Source: Octopus sinensis
Lineage: Eukaryota
Length of the DNA stretch: 64,000 bases
Assembly (NCBI RefSeq): GCF_006345805.1
Contig: NC_043006.1
Coordinates: 102,858,001 to 102,922,000, forward strand
Direction: 5' to 3'
Under the pieces are notes generated by a model. The model was given only the letters and a program-made list of their open reading frames with translations. It made no database searches and was not told the DNA's origin. Shown piece after piece: positions 52,715-64,000 of the stretch (the first letter of the stretch is position 1; each line of letters opens with the position of its first letter). A program made the position numbers and the translations under genes.

Positions 52715-53212
52715 GTAAGCCCTTGTCGAGTTTTTAAAGTTCCATATGGAAAGGTAAGTGATTGTGGGGATATAAGGATAAAGGTCCCTTTCGTGTCATA
52801 CAGACTCATAAGAGTGAGTTTATTGAAAGGTGGGTGAAAGTTGGGAAAATGGCAAGAGTGGATGGTACCTCTCGATGTGTAGACCTGAGAGTCAGAGAGA
52901 AGGAATTGGTGAGAGCACTTGCTCTTGGTGTTCAAGGAAATCTCGGACACTGGGATTCCTCGATTATCTCTAGAGGTCATCCTGTATCAGGGGGGGGGTA
53001 CATCTCTGTCATACTCCCCCATTTTTTTAAACATTTGTATACTGTGTATACTTCCCTTCCTTTTCATTCTATACCGTGTATACTTACATATTTAATTAAT
53101 GTGTTACTATTTAATTATTTTATCATTTCATTATATGTAAGTCCAAACACTTTATGTCTGTGTTTGTATTGTCCCCCTCATCTTTCCCCCTTGTGGTAAA
53201 GAAATGAAATCA
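52715..53212 (+). mobile_element. Tx1/L1-like LINE 3' end and 3' UTR
   Basis: ALVEFLKFHMER and SEFIERWVKVGKMARVDG resemble a Tx1 C-terminus; pyrimidine-rich UTR ending CCCCTTGTGGTAAAGAAAT. Confidence 0.55.
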
Positions 53213-54279
53213 TTATTATTATTATTATTACTGGATTTTACTGTGATTTGACATTTTTCACAAAGTTCTTTCTGGATTAGAGCTTTTGTGGATATTTCAA
53301 AATTGATAATTTTTTTCTGTGTCAATTGATTCGAATTGTTGGAAAAAACAGAAAACAAGGGAAGCGGTTTGTTGTTTGATTTTATTAGACAAAAAAAAAA
53401 AACAAGAAGACATTTTTTATTGTTTTCCTAGTTGACATTCAACACAAAATGTCAGTGAGTAACATCCCTTCAAAACATCAAAACAAGGCATTGACAGCTG
53501 CATAGAGAGCAAAATTATTAAGAACGAAATGAACAAAAAATTTATAAAACAAAACGTAATATAAATAAAAAAAAATATAAAGGGTTTTGATGCGAAAGAG
53601 TGTGATGTTGACAACTTGCTTAACAATAACATACAGCGTTGCAAATATTGTATCCAATCAAGAAAGAATAGATCAAGGCAAGAACACGTCAGAGACAGAA
53701 GTGTGATATCATGACATGGTGTGTGATGAGAAGTAGCATCTCGTTGCTTGAGGATTTTGTCCAGGAGAAGGCATAAGTAAAGTTCACCTACGTTAGTCTG
53801 AAAAATCCGGGTCCGTAACGTTTCATTCCGTAACGATTCATAGCTCTCGAGTCGGTCAGTATCCACCACCCGCAGCAAGTCTCCAAGGTGAACAGAATTT
53901 TTGCTGCTACCACCGAGATCAGCATCCGCGATCGGCTTCATATTAGAGGTCGGTATTTGTATGCTCTCTAAGGATGAATTGAGGGAGTCCCCAGTCGATG
54001 TAGGACAATGTCTTGTTAACCGAGTGATGCAATGCATACATACAGGTGTACATCTGATAGATTTTCAGAACAGCGGTAGAAGCAAAATGTAAAGTAGAAA
54101 TAATGAAAGACACACCCGTCCAAGGTTAGTTCTGCTGTACATGAGCCAGAACAACCATGGAAAGTTAGGGGCATTACTAGTATCTCGTAATGTCCCTAGC
54201 TTCGTAAGCTCGAATGGGTGAATGAAGCATATGTAGACGGAGTCAGTATGTCCTCTCAGGACCGTAAAACAATTCGAGG

Positions 54280-54689
54280 GCGATGCCCCGTCTAGGGTGC
54301 TGAAACAATAACAAAAGACTTGCGGTGTGAGGCAGACAGTTCGAGTGTTACAGTTTTGGTAGTAAAAGCTACTCGAGGGCTTTCTGTTCATAATAAGTTG
54401 AAAGACAGTGTGAAAGAGAGTGTAAGAGAGGATCAAAATACTTGCAAAAGCACGTAAGAATGACAGCAGGTCCTGAGGCTATTGCGATGCCCCGTCTAGG
54501 GTGCTGAAACAATAACAAAAGACTTGCGGTGTGAGGCAGACAGTTCGAGTGTTACAGTTTTGGTAGTAAAAGCTACTCGAGGGCTTTCTGTTCATAATAA
54601 GTTGAAAGACAATGTGAAAGAGAGTGTAAGAGAGGATCAAAATACTTGCAAAAGCACGTAAGAATGACAACAGGTCCTGAGGCTATTGC
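54280..54689. repeat. 204-bp tandem duplication
   Basis: Units start at 54280 and 54484; two substitutions seen by eye. Confidence 0.9.
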
Positions 54690-55563
54690 TGCCATAACAC
54701 CGCTCCGGAAATGTAGTGGAGATCACCTCATCGTTGGTACCAGACTCTAGCGATGCAGAAGTCCGTAAATCCCTTCCCAGAAGTACCATTCCATCTACTT
54801 GCCTCAATGGAAAGCGAGTTGAGTGTTGAGAGAAGCTGTTGACCGTTGCGAAGAAACACTACACATAATAAAAAACCCGGATGTAAGCTTTAGCAACTTG
54901 TGAGTTTGATCAGATATAAGCATTTTTAAAACCTGTAAAGTTGAATACGTGATGTATAAGGAGCAAGAGTTAGGAGAAAAAGTGTCGGGAAAACGATAGA
55001 ATGTCGGTGAAAACCACGTCAATAACTTTTCCATAGCATGTAACAAAAACACACAGTCAACACCAAATTGTATATGGATGTTTTTGCATGCATCAAGTTT
55101 CAATACGAGCTGTAGCAGGTAAGCAGAGAGGAAGGAGGTTGTATGGAGAGGAATCCATCTTCACTCCACTTTTGCCAAACTGAAGATCACAATTTTTCGC
55201 AAAAATAATAAACTGATAATAATTTAAATTTGCCTTTCTTCCTTTCGTAATCGATAAATAAAGTATCACTCAAGCACTTTAACCAGTTCATTTATTCTTT
55301 TGTCTCTCTCTGTCACATTTTCTTGAACAAATCTGGTGTGATCAGACCTTGAGTTTAGGAAATGCCTACTGCACCGTATGTTACGTCGGTACCCGTGTAG
55401 CACCATGAAAGACTTGAGAACTCAAAGTAAGGCCATTATACATGCACACACAAACACACAGACATACATAGACAGATAGACACACAACTATGTAGTGTAT
55501 ATATATATATATATATTTCTCTCCTTTTTTCTCTCCTTGTTTCTCTCCTTGTTTTCTGTATCC

Positions 55564-55599
55564 CTTTCTGTAGAAGAGCGTAGGCTCGAAACGTAAAAG
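55564..55599 (+). ncRNA. 36-nt hammerhead-like variant (U at position 6, extra A before stem II)
   Basis: CUUU CUGUAGA A GAGC-GUAG-GCUC GAAA CG UA AAAG; PLE-like terminal sequence continues to 55683. Confidence 0.45.
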
Positions 55600-55682
55600 A
55601 CTTTTTCTATTCCTGAGCGTTATACTAATACATCTGTTTGTTTTGTACATCACCTGTCCTCGTCCTTTGTTTTTTTTCGTAA

Positions 55683-55740
55683 ACTATATGTATGTGTGTG
55701 TGTATGTGTGTTTGTGCATGTATGAATATGTCTGTGTATG

Positions 55741-55782
<42 letters not shown>

Positions 55783-55806
55783 CATTATATATGTGTATGT
55801 GTGTAC

Positions 55807-55849
<43 letters not shown>

Positions 55850-55919
55850 TGTGTGTACACACATACACAGACATATTCATACATGCACAAACACACATCC
55901 ACACACACATACATATAGT
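55683..55919. repeat. 66-bp inverted repeat around a (TA)n/(TG)n spacer
   Basis: 55683-55748 versus 55854-55919, one mismatch. Confidence 0.85.
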
Positions 55920-56733
55920 CTACGGCGACCATATACACGTGTTTCCTCCTCTCTACAACCATATTCGAATGAAGAACAATCTCCAAAGCGTCATAATTTA
56001 ATCCTTCCTTTTCTTTGAGCGTCAAACGAATAATTTTGATCCTGAACGCCTCTAGTCTTTGATTTATATATTTCTTTCGCTTTCTCGACTTCTCTTCTTT
56101 CTTCTCATATATAGCTGCATAACATACATATGTGTGCAAGTATATTCATAAACGACTATCTATAAACTTTTGAAAACATTTCAGGAAAACAGCCGTACAC
56201 ATGTGCAGATAGAGAAATAGTCTAGTGTGACTTTTACGTCCAGGTATACGCTTCTATGCGCTATAGTGTATTTATATGATGTCTTCAACTACATGAACGA
56301 GAAATCAATATTGTACTCGATAGCTAGAGAGAAAGAAATGTCTACGACTCCCTCAATAAGCATTTAACCAAGTACAAACATAGATTCACACAGACACACA
56401 CTAACACACGCCTGAGCACACACATACACACATAGACGCACGTACACATACTGATGCACGTGCCAATAGACACACACACACACACACACACATGTACACA
56501 TCACACCATTTAATATACATATACACGTACATAGACACGTATAGTCGTAAATGGGCAGAAATGCACAGCACAAATTCATGCTTATATACAAACACGTAAG
56601 CACACACGAATATATATGTGTGTGTGTGTCGCGTGTGTAGACACATATGAGAATGAATGTATACATGTGCATATATTTCAATATATGTTTATATATATAT
56701 ATATAGATTATATATATATATATATATATATAG

Positions 56734-56778
<45 letters not shown>

Positions 56779-56890
56779 TATATTATATATATATTATATA
56801 TATATATATTATATATATAATATATATATGTATATATAATAATATATATATATATATTGTATGTATATATATATACATATGTTATATAGA

Positions 56891-56925
<35 letters not shown>

Positions 56926-57982
56926 GTATATATGTATATATATCATATACATATGTATATATACATATACACATATATATGTATACAACATGTATATGAT
57001 TGAAATCAGAAAATGTTATTATTATTATTACTCTTTTGTTTCGTAGCTAGATAAAGAAATAATCTGACAATATAATCGCCCAGAGCATTGTTTCGTAGCC
57101 ATTTTGGAACATTACTAATAGTGGTAAGATAAAGACGAGACTTTACAGAGAGAGGGAAAGTGGAGAGAGAAATAGAGAGAGGAGGAGAGAAAAAGAGACA
57201 AGAAAGTGAGAGAGGGAGAGAGAAGGGGGTTAAAAAAGCGTCCGAGACAGTTGAACAAGTGAAATATTTACCTGTATATTCTATGCTCTGCCGTCTGTGG
57301 CAAATGTATTTAGCTTAACATTGTAGACAATACGGATATCTATTAAAAAAACAAAAATATAAATAAATAGCGCTAAAGGAAAACAACTAAACAAAACTAC
57401 GCCAGGGACTGGTTTTATGTTTGTGTATATGTATATGCTTCTGTGTATTTGCTTCTGTGTATGTGTGTATGTTAAGATATTCATGCACATACACACTTAA
57501 TCACACATACACACAGACATAGTTTTTGGTTGAGATCAAAGTGAGATGCATGTGTGTTATGTATATATGTATATGTGTAAGTGTACGTGTGTATTTGCGT
57601 GTGTGCGCGTGTATATACAAGTATATACATTCGCACGCATATATCTATGTATGAGTGTATATATATATGTACGAATATATATCTATATATCTATCTGTAT
57701 ATATATATATATATATATATCTATATATATAATATATATATATATATACTTATATATATATGCATATATGCATACATACACACACACACACACAGACACA
57801 CACCAATATATATATCATTTTAAACACACGCTCACGCGCGCACACAGAAATACACCCTCTCACATATCACACATGTATATGTAGGAAACATTTTCGATAA
57901 GGTCAGAGCCTTATATATAATATATATATGTATATATATATATGTCTATGTGTGTGTGTGTGTGCATATATGCATATCTATA

Positions 57983-58015
<33 letters not shown>

Positions 58016-58238
58016 TACGCATATATCATATATATATATATCTGTGTGTTTGTGCATGCTTGAGTGTGTAGTGGTCTGTTTGCCTGTCTGTCTGTGTCCA
58101 TTTTGTTCTGCTTTTTTTGTATACACATTCATATATATAAATGCGCGCATATACACTCACATATACATACAAACATGCATATGCATACATACACACACAC
58201 ACCCACACACACACATATATATATATCTATATATATAG

Positions 58239-58274
<36 letters not shown>

Positions 58275-59830
58275 CATATATATATATAATTCATACGCAT
58301 GTTCACGAGTACGAGTGTGTGCTGTGTGTTAATTTAAAGTCAATATTTTAGAGCTAAGTTTAAAAAACTAAGTTTACTGATGGGGATATGCCGTACGAAA
58401 ATTTGAAGTCAAATTAATTGTATTGTTTGTTATGGCTGACGATTTAGCGAATACCTGGGGCCCAGTTATGAAAAGTTGAGTGAGCTGTCAGGCAAAACTT
58501 AATGTGTCAGTCATGACTAATATTGCAACACACACACACACACACACGCACGCGCGCGCACACACATATCTGGAATTCTTTTTAACCATCAGAGTATGCA
58601 TATATATATATATACTTATGCATACATAGATATATATATATGCATACGTGTGTGTGTGTATATTTACATATATATTTTACATGCATACATATATTACATA
58701 TATGTCTATATATGTATATGTATATGTGTGCTTACATATCTATACACACACAGACACACACATATATACATATAAATTCATGCTTATATATATAGATTTA
58801 TATATATATATATATATGCATGTATATGTGCGTATACACACACACACATATATATATATATAGTGATAATAATATATATATATATATATTATATATATAT
58901 ACCTTTATATGTGTGTGTATATATTATATATACATACCTTTATATGTGTGTGTATATATATATGCATGTATATGTTTATATATAGTATATATATATATAT
59001 ATATCTATATATACAGATAAATATATATAATATATACATATGCAACATTACATACATACATCATACATACTACATACATTCTACATACATACATACATAC
59101 ATACATACATACATACATACATACATACAACATACATATATATATATATATATAATATATATATATATATAAAATATATATATATATATATATATATATA
59201 CCATACATATATACATGTGCTTATGATTTATCTGCGATCATTCTCTCCGTCTGTATATATAGAAGCGTGTTTTTCGATGAAGTTTTTATATTTTACTTGA
59301 AGCTTCGTTCAAATATTTATATAATTTACTCTATTCTGGTGACTTTTCTTCCTTTATTTACGTTTTACAATATCATTTTTCCTTTCATTTATTTCTTCAT
59401 AGTCTTTAAAACTGTTTTTATCTATTTCATATTACCGAAGCTTTCCTTTCTACCTATTTGCCTCTCTCTCTTAATTTTTCTCTGCATTTCGTTTTCTATT
59501 TTTCTATTATACTTTATTTCTTATTCGTTATATTATTACTATTTGCGTCAGTTTTAGTTTTCCTTTTCTCTCCCTTTCTGTGCCCTACCCAACATTCTTT
59601 ATCTTTCTTATATATGTTTTACCTCTTTCTTAATATCGTTTGTTTCTTTGTTTCCACACCTTATTCTTGCTCTCCTCCTTTTTCATTTGTTTGCTTGTTT
59701 CTGACCTCTTCCCACCTTCATGTCAGTCTCTGATCCCCCCTCACACACACTCTCCCTCTTTCTCCACTATTTTTTTCTTTTACCCTTCCTGTTCCTCGCA
59801 ATGAAATTCTTTATAAATCTATTCACTTAC

Positions 59831-59922
59831 CGCCCTCCACACGTGACTTTGATATGGCATACGCATGCCGTCCCCTTTCGTAACGGTAGCAGTCAACGCT
59901 ACTCATACATTTCACACTATCG
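59831..59922 (-). other. Candidate 92-nt host exon
   Basis: Acceptor TTCCTCTTGTTACAG|, donor GCG|GTAAGT; one open frame DSVKCMSSVDCYRYERGRHAYAISKSRVEG; no homolog recognised. Confidence 0.35.
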
Positions 59923-60284
59923 CTGTAACAAGAGGAACTTAAGGAACACCAGACATATAGAATTACAAAACATATGCCACACGTGTAACAGAGACCGTTT
60001 TTCGGAATTAAAAACAAAAAAAAAAACGACACAGACCAGTGGGGGAGCCTCGACAAGCGCTTGGGAAAGGGAGGTATTGAATGGAGAAGCAAGGCTAAAA
60101 ACAGGTGCACCCGGTGAATTAGGGAATTAGTAGAATTTAGTTAGTCAGCCCCAATGAACAGGAGCAATTGTAGTAGCGATACACAAAACGTCCTAGAAAT
60201 TACAGTTAAATTTTCCTCAGATTACATTTTCGCCTTCTTGAAAAGGGACGGATACAATGTAGCCGTGTATATATATATATATAT

Positions 60285-61857
60285 AGGAGATAAATAAAAA
60301 TATATGCATACATACAAACATATATGTACGTACCTACATCTACATGTATATACATGCATATATAAATTTATACGGAAGTACAGGACATCACAATAAGACG
60401 TAGAAACAGAAAAAGCCAAAAAAACAAAAACAAGAAACGGAAAACGAAAACCAAATACAGGACAGGTTACACAAGACAAACCCCCGTCATCAGCTGTCGC
60501 GAGAGAGTCAGGCATGTTTCGAAGGCATAACAGAACACTAATCCATAGGCCTTCCTGCGAGAGAATTAAAATAAAATTTCAAGCACGGGCACAGAGTACG
60601 AACACAAACAAGACGTAACAATAAGACTGCAAAATTAAAATACATGTACAAAAACAAACACAAGAGGACGAACGAAAAAGCCTTTTTTTTTTCTGGCATA
60701 GACAAACAAAAACTGCAAAAATAAAAATACATGTACAAAATACAATTAGTTACAAAACGAGAAAATAACAAGAATACTATACAGGAAATTAACCACACAA
60801 GGGGACGAACGAAGAAGCCTTTTTGCTGGCAAGGACGAAAGTGTAGTAGCAGCGCGTGGAGGCAGTCTTTTCAATAGTGGTAACCACGTGTAAAGGAATT
60901 TTGTTTTATGGGCAAGGAAGAGGGAAGGAGGAGGGGGACACGCGGCGAAGAGAGAGGAGGAGGGGAGGGAGAAAGATTGAAGAGGTTAAGCAAAGGGAGA
61001 GAGTACCGGCATCTTCAATATAATAATATTAAATAAAAAAAGGGGACCAAGAGTGGATCGAAACGACGAATCGGAACGAACCTGATGCGGGGCGCTGTCA
61101 GACAATAAGGAGATAAATAAAAATATATGCATACATACAAACATATATGTACGTACCTACATCTACCTGTATATATACATGCATATATAAATAATTAACG
61201 GAAGTACAGGACATCACAATAAGACGTAGAAACAGAAAAAGCCAAAAACAAAAAACAAGAGAACGGAAACGAAAACCAAATACAGGACAGTTACACAAGG
61301 ACAAAACCCCCGTCATCAGCTGTCGCTAGAGGAGTCAGGCATGTTTCGAAGGCATAACAGAACACTAATCAATAGGCCTTCCTGCGAGAGAATTAAAAAA
61401 AATTTCAAGCAGCGGGGCACAATGAGTACGAACACAAACAAGACGTAACAATAAGACTGCAAAATTAAAATACATGTACACAAACAAACACAGAGGACGA
61501 ACGAAAAAGCCTTTTTTCTGGCATAGACAAACAATAAAACTGCAAAAATAAATACATGTACAAAAAGTACAATTAGTTACAAAACGAGAAAATAACAAGA
61601 ATACTATACAGGAAATTAACCACACAAGGGGACGAACGAAGAAGCCTTTTTGCTGGCAAGGACGAAAGTGTAGTAGCAGCGCGTGGAGGCAGTCTTTTCA
61701 ATAGTGGTAACCACGTGTAAAGGAATTTTGTTTTATGGGCAAGGAAGAGGGAAGGAGGAGGGGGACACGCGGCGAAGAGAGAGGAGGAGGGGGAGGGAGA
61801 AAGATTGAAGAGGTTAAAGCAAAGGGAGAGAGTACCGCATCTTCAATATAATAATAT
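60285..61857. repeat. About 750-bp direct duplication, period 823 bp
   Basis: Copies 60285-61030 and 61108-61857; differences are mostly 1-nt indels. Confidence 0.9.
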
Positions 61858-61980
61858 AAAATGGGACAAGAACGCAAAACATCCGGACAACTAGGTGATA
61901 CAAAAAGGGACTACAAACATCCAGATAGACGATACAAAAAAGAAAAGAAAAAAACAAGGACGGGTCATTCGAAAATTTCG

Positions 61981-62025
<45 letters not shown>

Positions 62026-62129
62026 ATAAGATCGATGTTTAAATTCCGATCTTATCAGGTGGCCAGCAAGGGAACAAAAGAAACCTTCAAATGTAATAAT
62101 TACTTAAAATAATAATTTAGGGTATCTAA

Positions 62130-62374
62130 GAGATACCACCACGCTGGAAATAGCAGTCAAAACTTGACTCTAAAACCACATTAAATGTTGATACAGCCCC
62201 AGGAGAGAAGACAAAGAGACAAAATGCACAGTCAGAAATCCGGCATCTGGAATTATCCAGTAACTTTTTTGCTAGTTTATTTTGTCTCTTTGTCTTCTCT
62301 CCTGGTGCTGTAGGAACATTTAATGTGGTTTTAGAGTCAAGTTTTGACTGCTATTTCCAGCGTGGTGGTATCTC
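62130..62374. repeat. 96-bp near-perfect inverted repeat with 53-nt loop
   Basis: 62130-62225 versus 62279-62374, 93/96 complementary. Confidence 0.9.
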
Positions 62375-62602
62375 ACTCAGATCTCAAATCTGCTTAGTCA
62401 AGGCTGACTTGACGTTTAACAAGAGTAAGAAAGCAGATACTTACATACATCATCTAACTCCATCAACCGTTAACTCGTCTCGTTTTTAATGTGCTACGAT
62501 GTGAAAGCGGGTTCTACTGACGTCATCAAGGAAATAAGAGTAGAAAACACAACAAACAAGCAAAAAGCAAATATAAAACAAAATGATACAAAATCGTATG
62601 CG

Positions 62603-62960
62603 CAGGCGTGGCTGAGTGGTAAGAAGCTTGCTTCTCAGCCATAGGGTCGTCGGTTCAGTCTTACTGCGTGGTACTTTGGACTAGTGTCTTCTTCTATAGC
62701 CTAGGGCCGACCAAAGTCTTGTGAGTGGATTTGGTAGACGGTGTGTGTGTGTGTGTGTGTCGTTGTGTCTGTGCTTGTCTCTCACCACCGCTTGACAACC
62801 GGTTAGTTTGCTTACGACCCCGTAAGCTAGAGGATCGGCAAAAGAAACCGATAGAATAGGTGCCAGCCCTAAAAAAAGGACTGGGGTCAATTAGTTCGAC
62901 TAAAAACTCTTCTAGGCGGTGCATTGGCATGGCCGCAGACTAATGAATGAATTAGTGAAA
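62603..62960 (+). mobile_element. SINE family C, degenerate full length
   Basis: GGCGTGGCTGAGTGGT head, GGTTCAGTC B-box, GAGTGGATTTGGTAGACGG centre. Confidence 0.85.
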
Positions 62961-63379
62961 GAGAAAAGATAAGAAAAATACATCTAAATTAATGTATTCT
63001 GTTGTGTCTGGGGAGAGTCCCCAGACACAGCAGAACATGCTTCAATATACGAACTCCCATAAAAAATCTTGCGAACCAAATCCCAAAACGAAATATAAAT
63101 TAATGTACAAATTGTTAAATAGATATATTTAGCGAATTTAAAGACGACCATTCTTTGAATATTTCATAAAATATTTACAGAGTGATCGTCTGTAAATTCG
63201 CTATAAGTGGTTGTTAGTATTGAGTAAGACACAGATATGTGAGCGTAGACTCTGAGGCTCATAGGAAAAAAAAATTCAAGTAATTTGGACCATTGAGTGT
63301 AGCATAAAAAAAGAGTAGTTCAGCTAATCCATTTGATGATCAGCCAAACCACACTCCTTGTAAATTAATATGATGTTTC

Positions 63380-63850
63380 ATGTAGTATGTGCATTATCGG
63401 GTCCGTAGTGGGTACAATTGGGACAGTTAAGTGAGTTATTTACTTTAAATATGGTCTCGTCACTCCAAATGTTCTGTGTTGGAAATATGCAACTTCTACA
63501 CATCTTGCCAAATACCACTCTCAGAATTCTAATTTCCCGTCTGCACCAACTTCACCGAGAGCATAGAATATTTTTGGAATATAACTTTTCCAAGAACAAC
63601 TCTTCAAAAGGCGATGGACGCTTGGTTTTGAAGTCCCGCTTTCCCGACTCGTATGCCGTGCAGATTTTCTAGTAGTCTGGAAATAGATTTTTTTGTCCTC
63701 TTCCTTGCATTGTGGTGCTCTAAAATGTCCGTGGACTCCTGGAACTTTTCCTTTCGACATACTGAACAATTTCATCTGCTTCAAACTTGTCTGTCTACAA
63801 TTCGAGTGACAGTAAGTTGCGTCGGTGGTTCTGTTTGAAATACCCTACTT
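63380..63850 (-). mobile_element. Tc1/mariner-superfamily transposase 5' relic (Tc3/maT-like)
   Basis: EPPTQLTVTRIV..DKFEAD, RKSARHTSRESGTSKPSVHRLL..WKSYIP, EF*EW, IWSDET. Confidence 0.75.
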
Positions 63851-64000
63851 ATTATATTATATTATAGTATAGTATAGTATAGTATAATATATTATCTTAT
63901 CTTATCTTATCTTTCATATATACATTACGAGTCGAGACAGATGTCGTCAGCTGACCGGTGTCTGCTACTCTAGGCCGACGAAGGACAATCATCTTGAAAC

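Noticed and set aside
53417-54037. 206-aa minus-strand ORF
   Set aside because: No recognisable domain; it runs from retroelement-like sequence into a low-complexity tract.
60465-60530. GAAACATG followed by CTGATGA on the minus strand (type-II hammerhead order)
   Set aside because: Stem II and stem I cannot be formed.
62445-62516. Minus-strand AG..GTAAGT bounded 72-nt segment
   Set aside because: Stops in all three frames and a weak acceptor; could be a UTR exon but is unsupported.
62997-63034. 16-bp hairpin
   Set aside because: Short and adjacent to a SINE end; probably a collapsed repeat remnant with no supporting context.

Overview
AT-rich, microsatellite-saturated animal genomic DNA. 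The repeat families and the (CCCTAA)n motif fit an octopod cephalopod best; this is recognition from memory, not a database result. I found no intact host protein-coding gene and no prokaryotic features. Almost every ORF in the track is translated simple repeat or transposon debris. Recognisable content: (1) many Penelope-like element (PLE) relics, including one near-complete RT plus GIY-YIG frame at 42555-43836 with two frameshifts; (2) at least six minimal type-I hammerhead ribozyme motifs tied to PLE ends, one fully canonical (27957-28039) and several with non-canonical cores; (3) three or more tRNA-derived SINE families, one amplified into a 7-unit, about 184-bp satellite with a higher-order dimer; (4) R4/Dong-like REL LINE pieces and a roughly 570-bp non-coding element that sit in (TAA)n tracts; (5) RTE-like and Tx1/L1-like LINE fragments; (6) four mariner relics, one Tc1-like relic, two non-autonomous Helitrons, and a Merlin-like MITE with an 8-bp TSD carrying (CCCTAA)4; (7) several long fold-back inverted repeats and two recent tandem duplications. 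A few unique stretches look like exons or a promoter of an unidentified host gene, at low confidence. All coordinates and alignments were done by eye.
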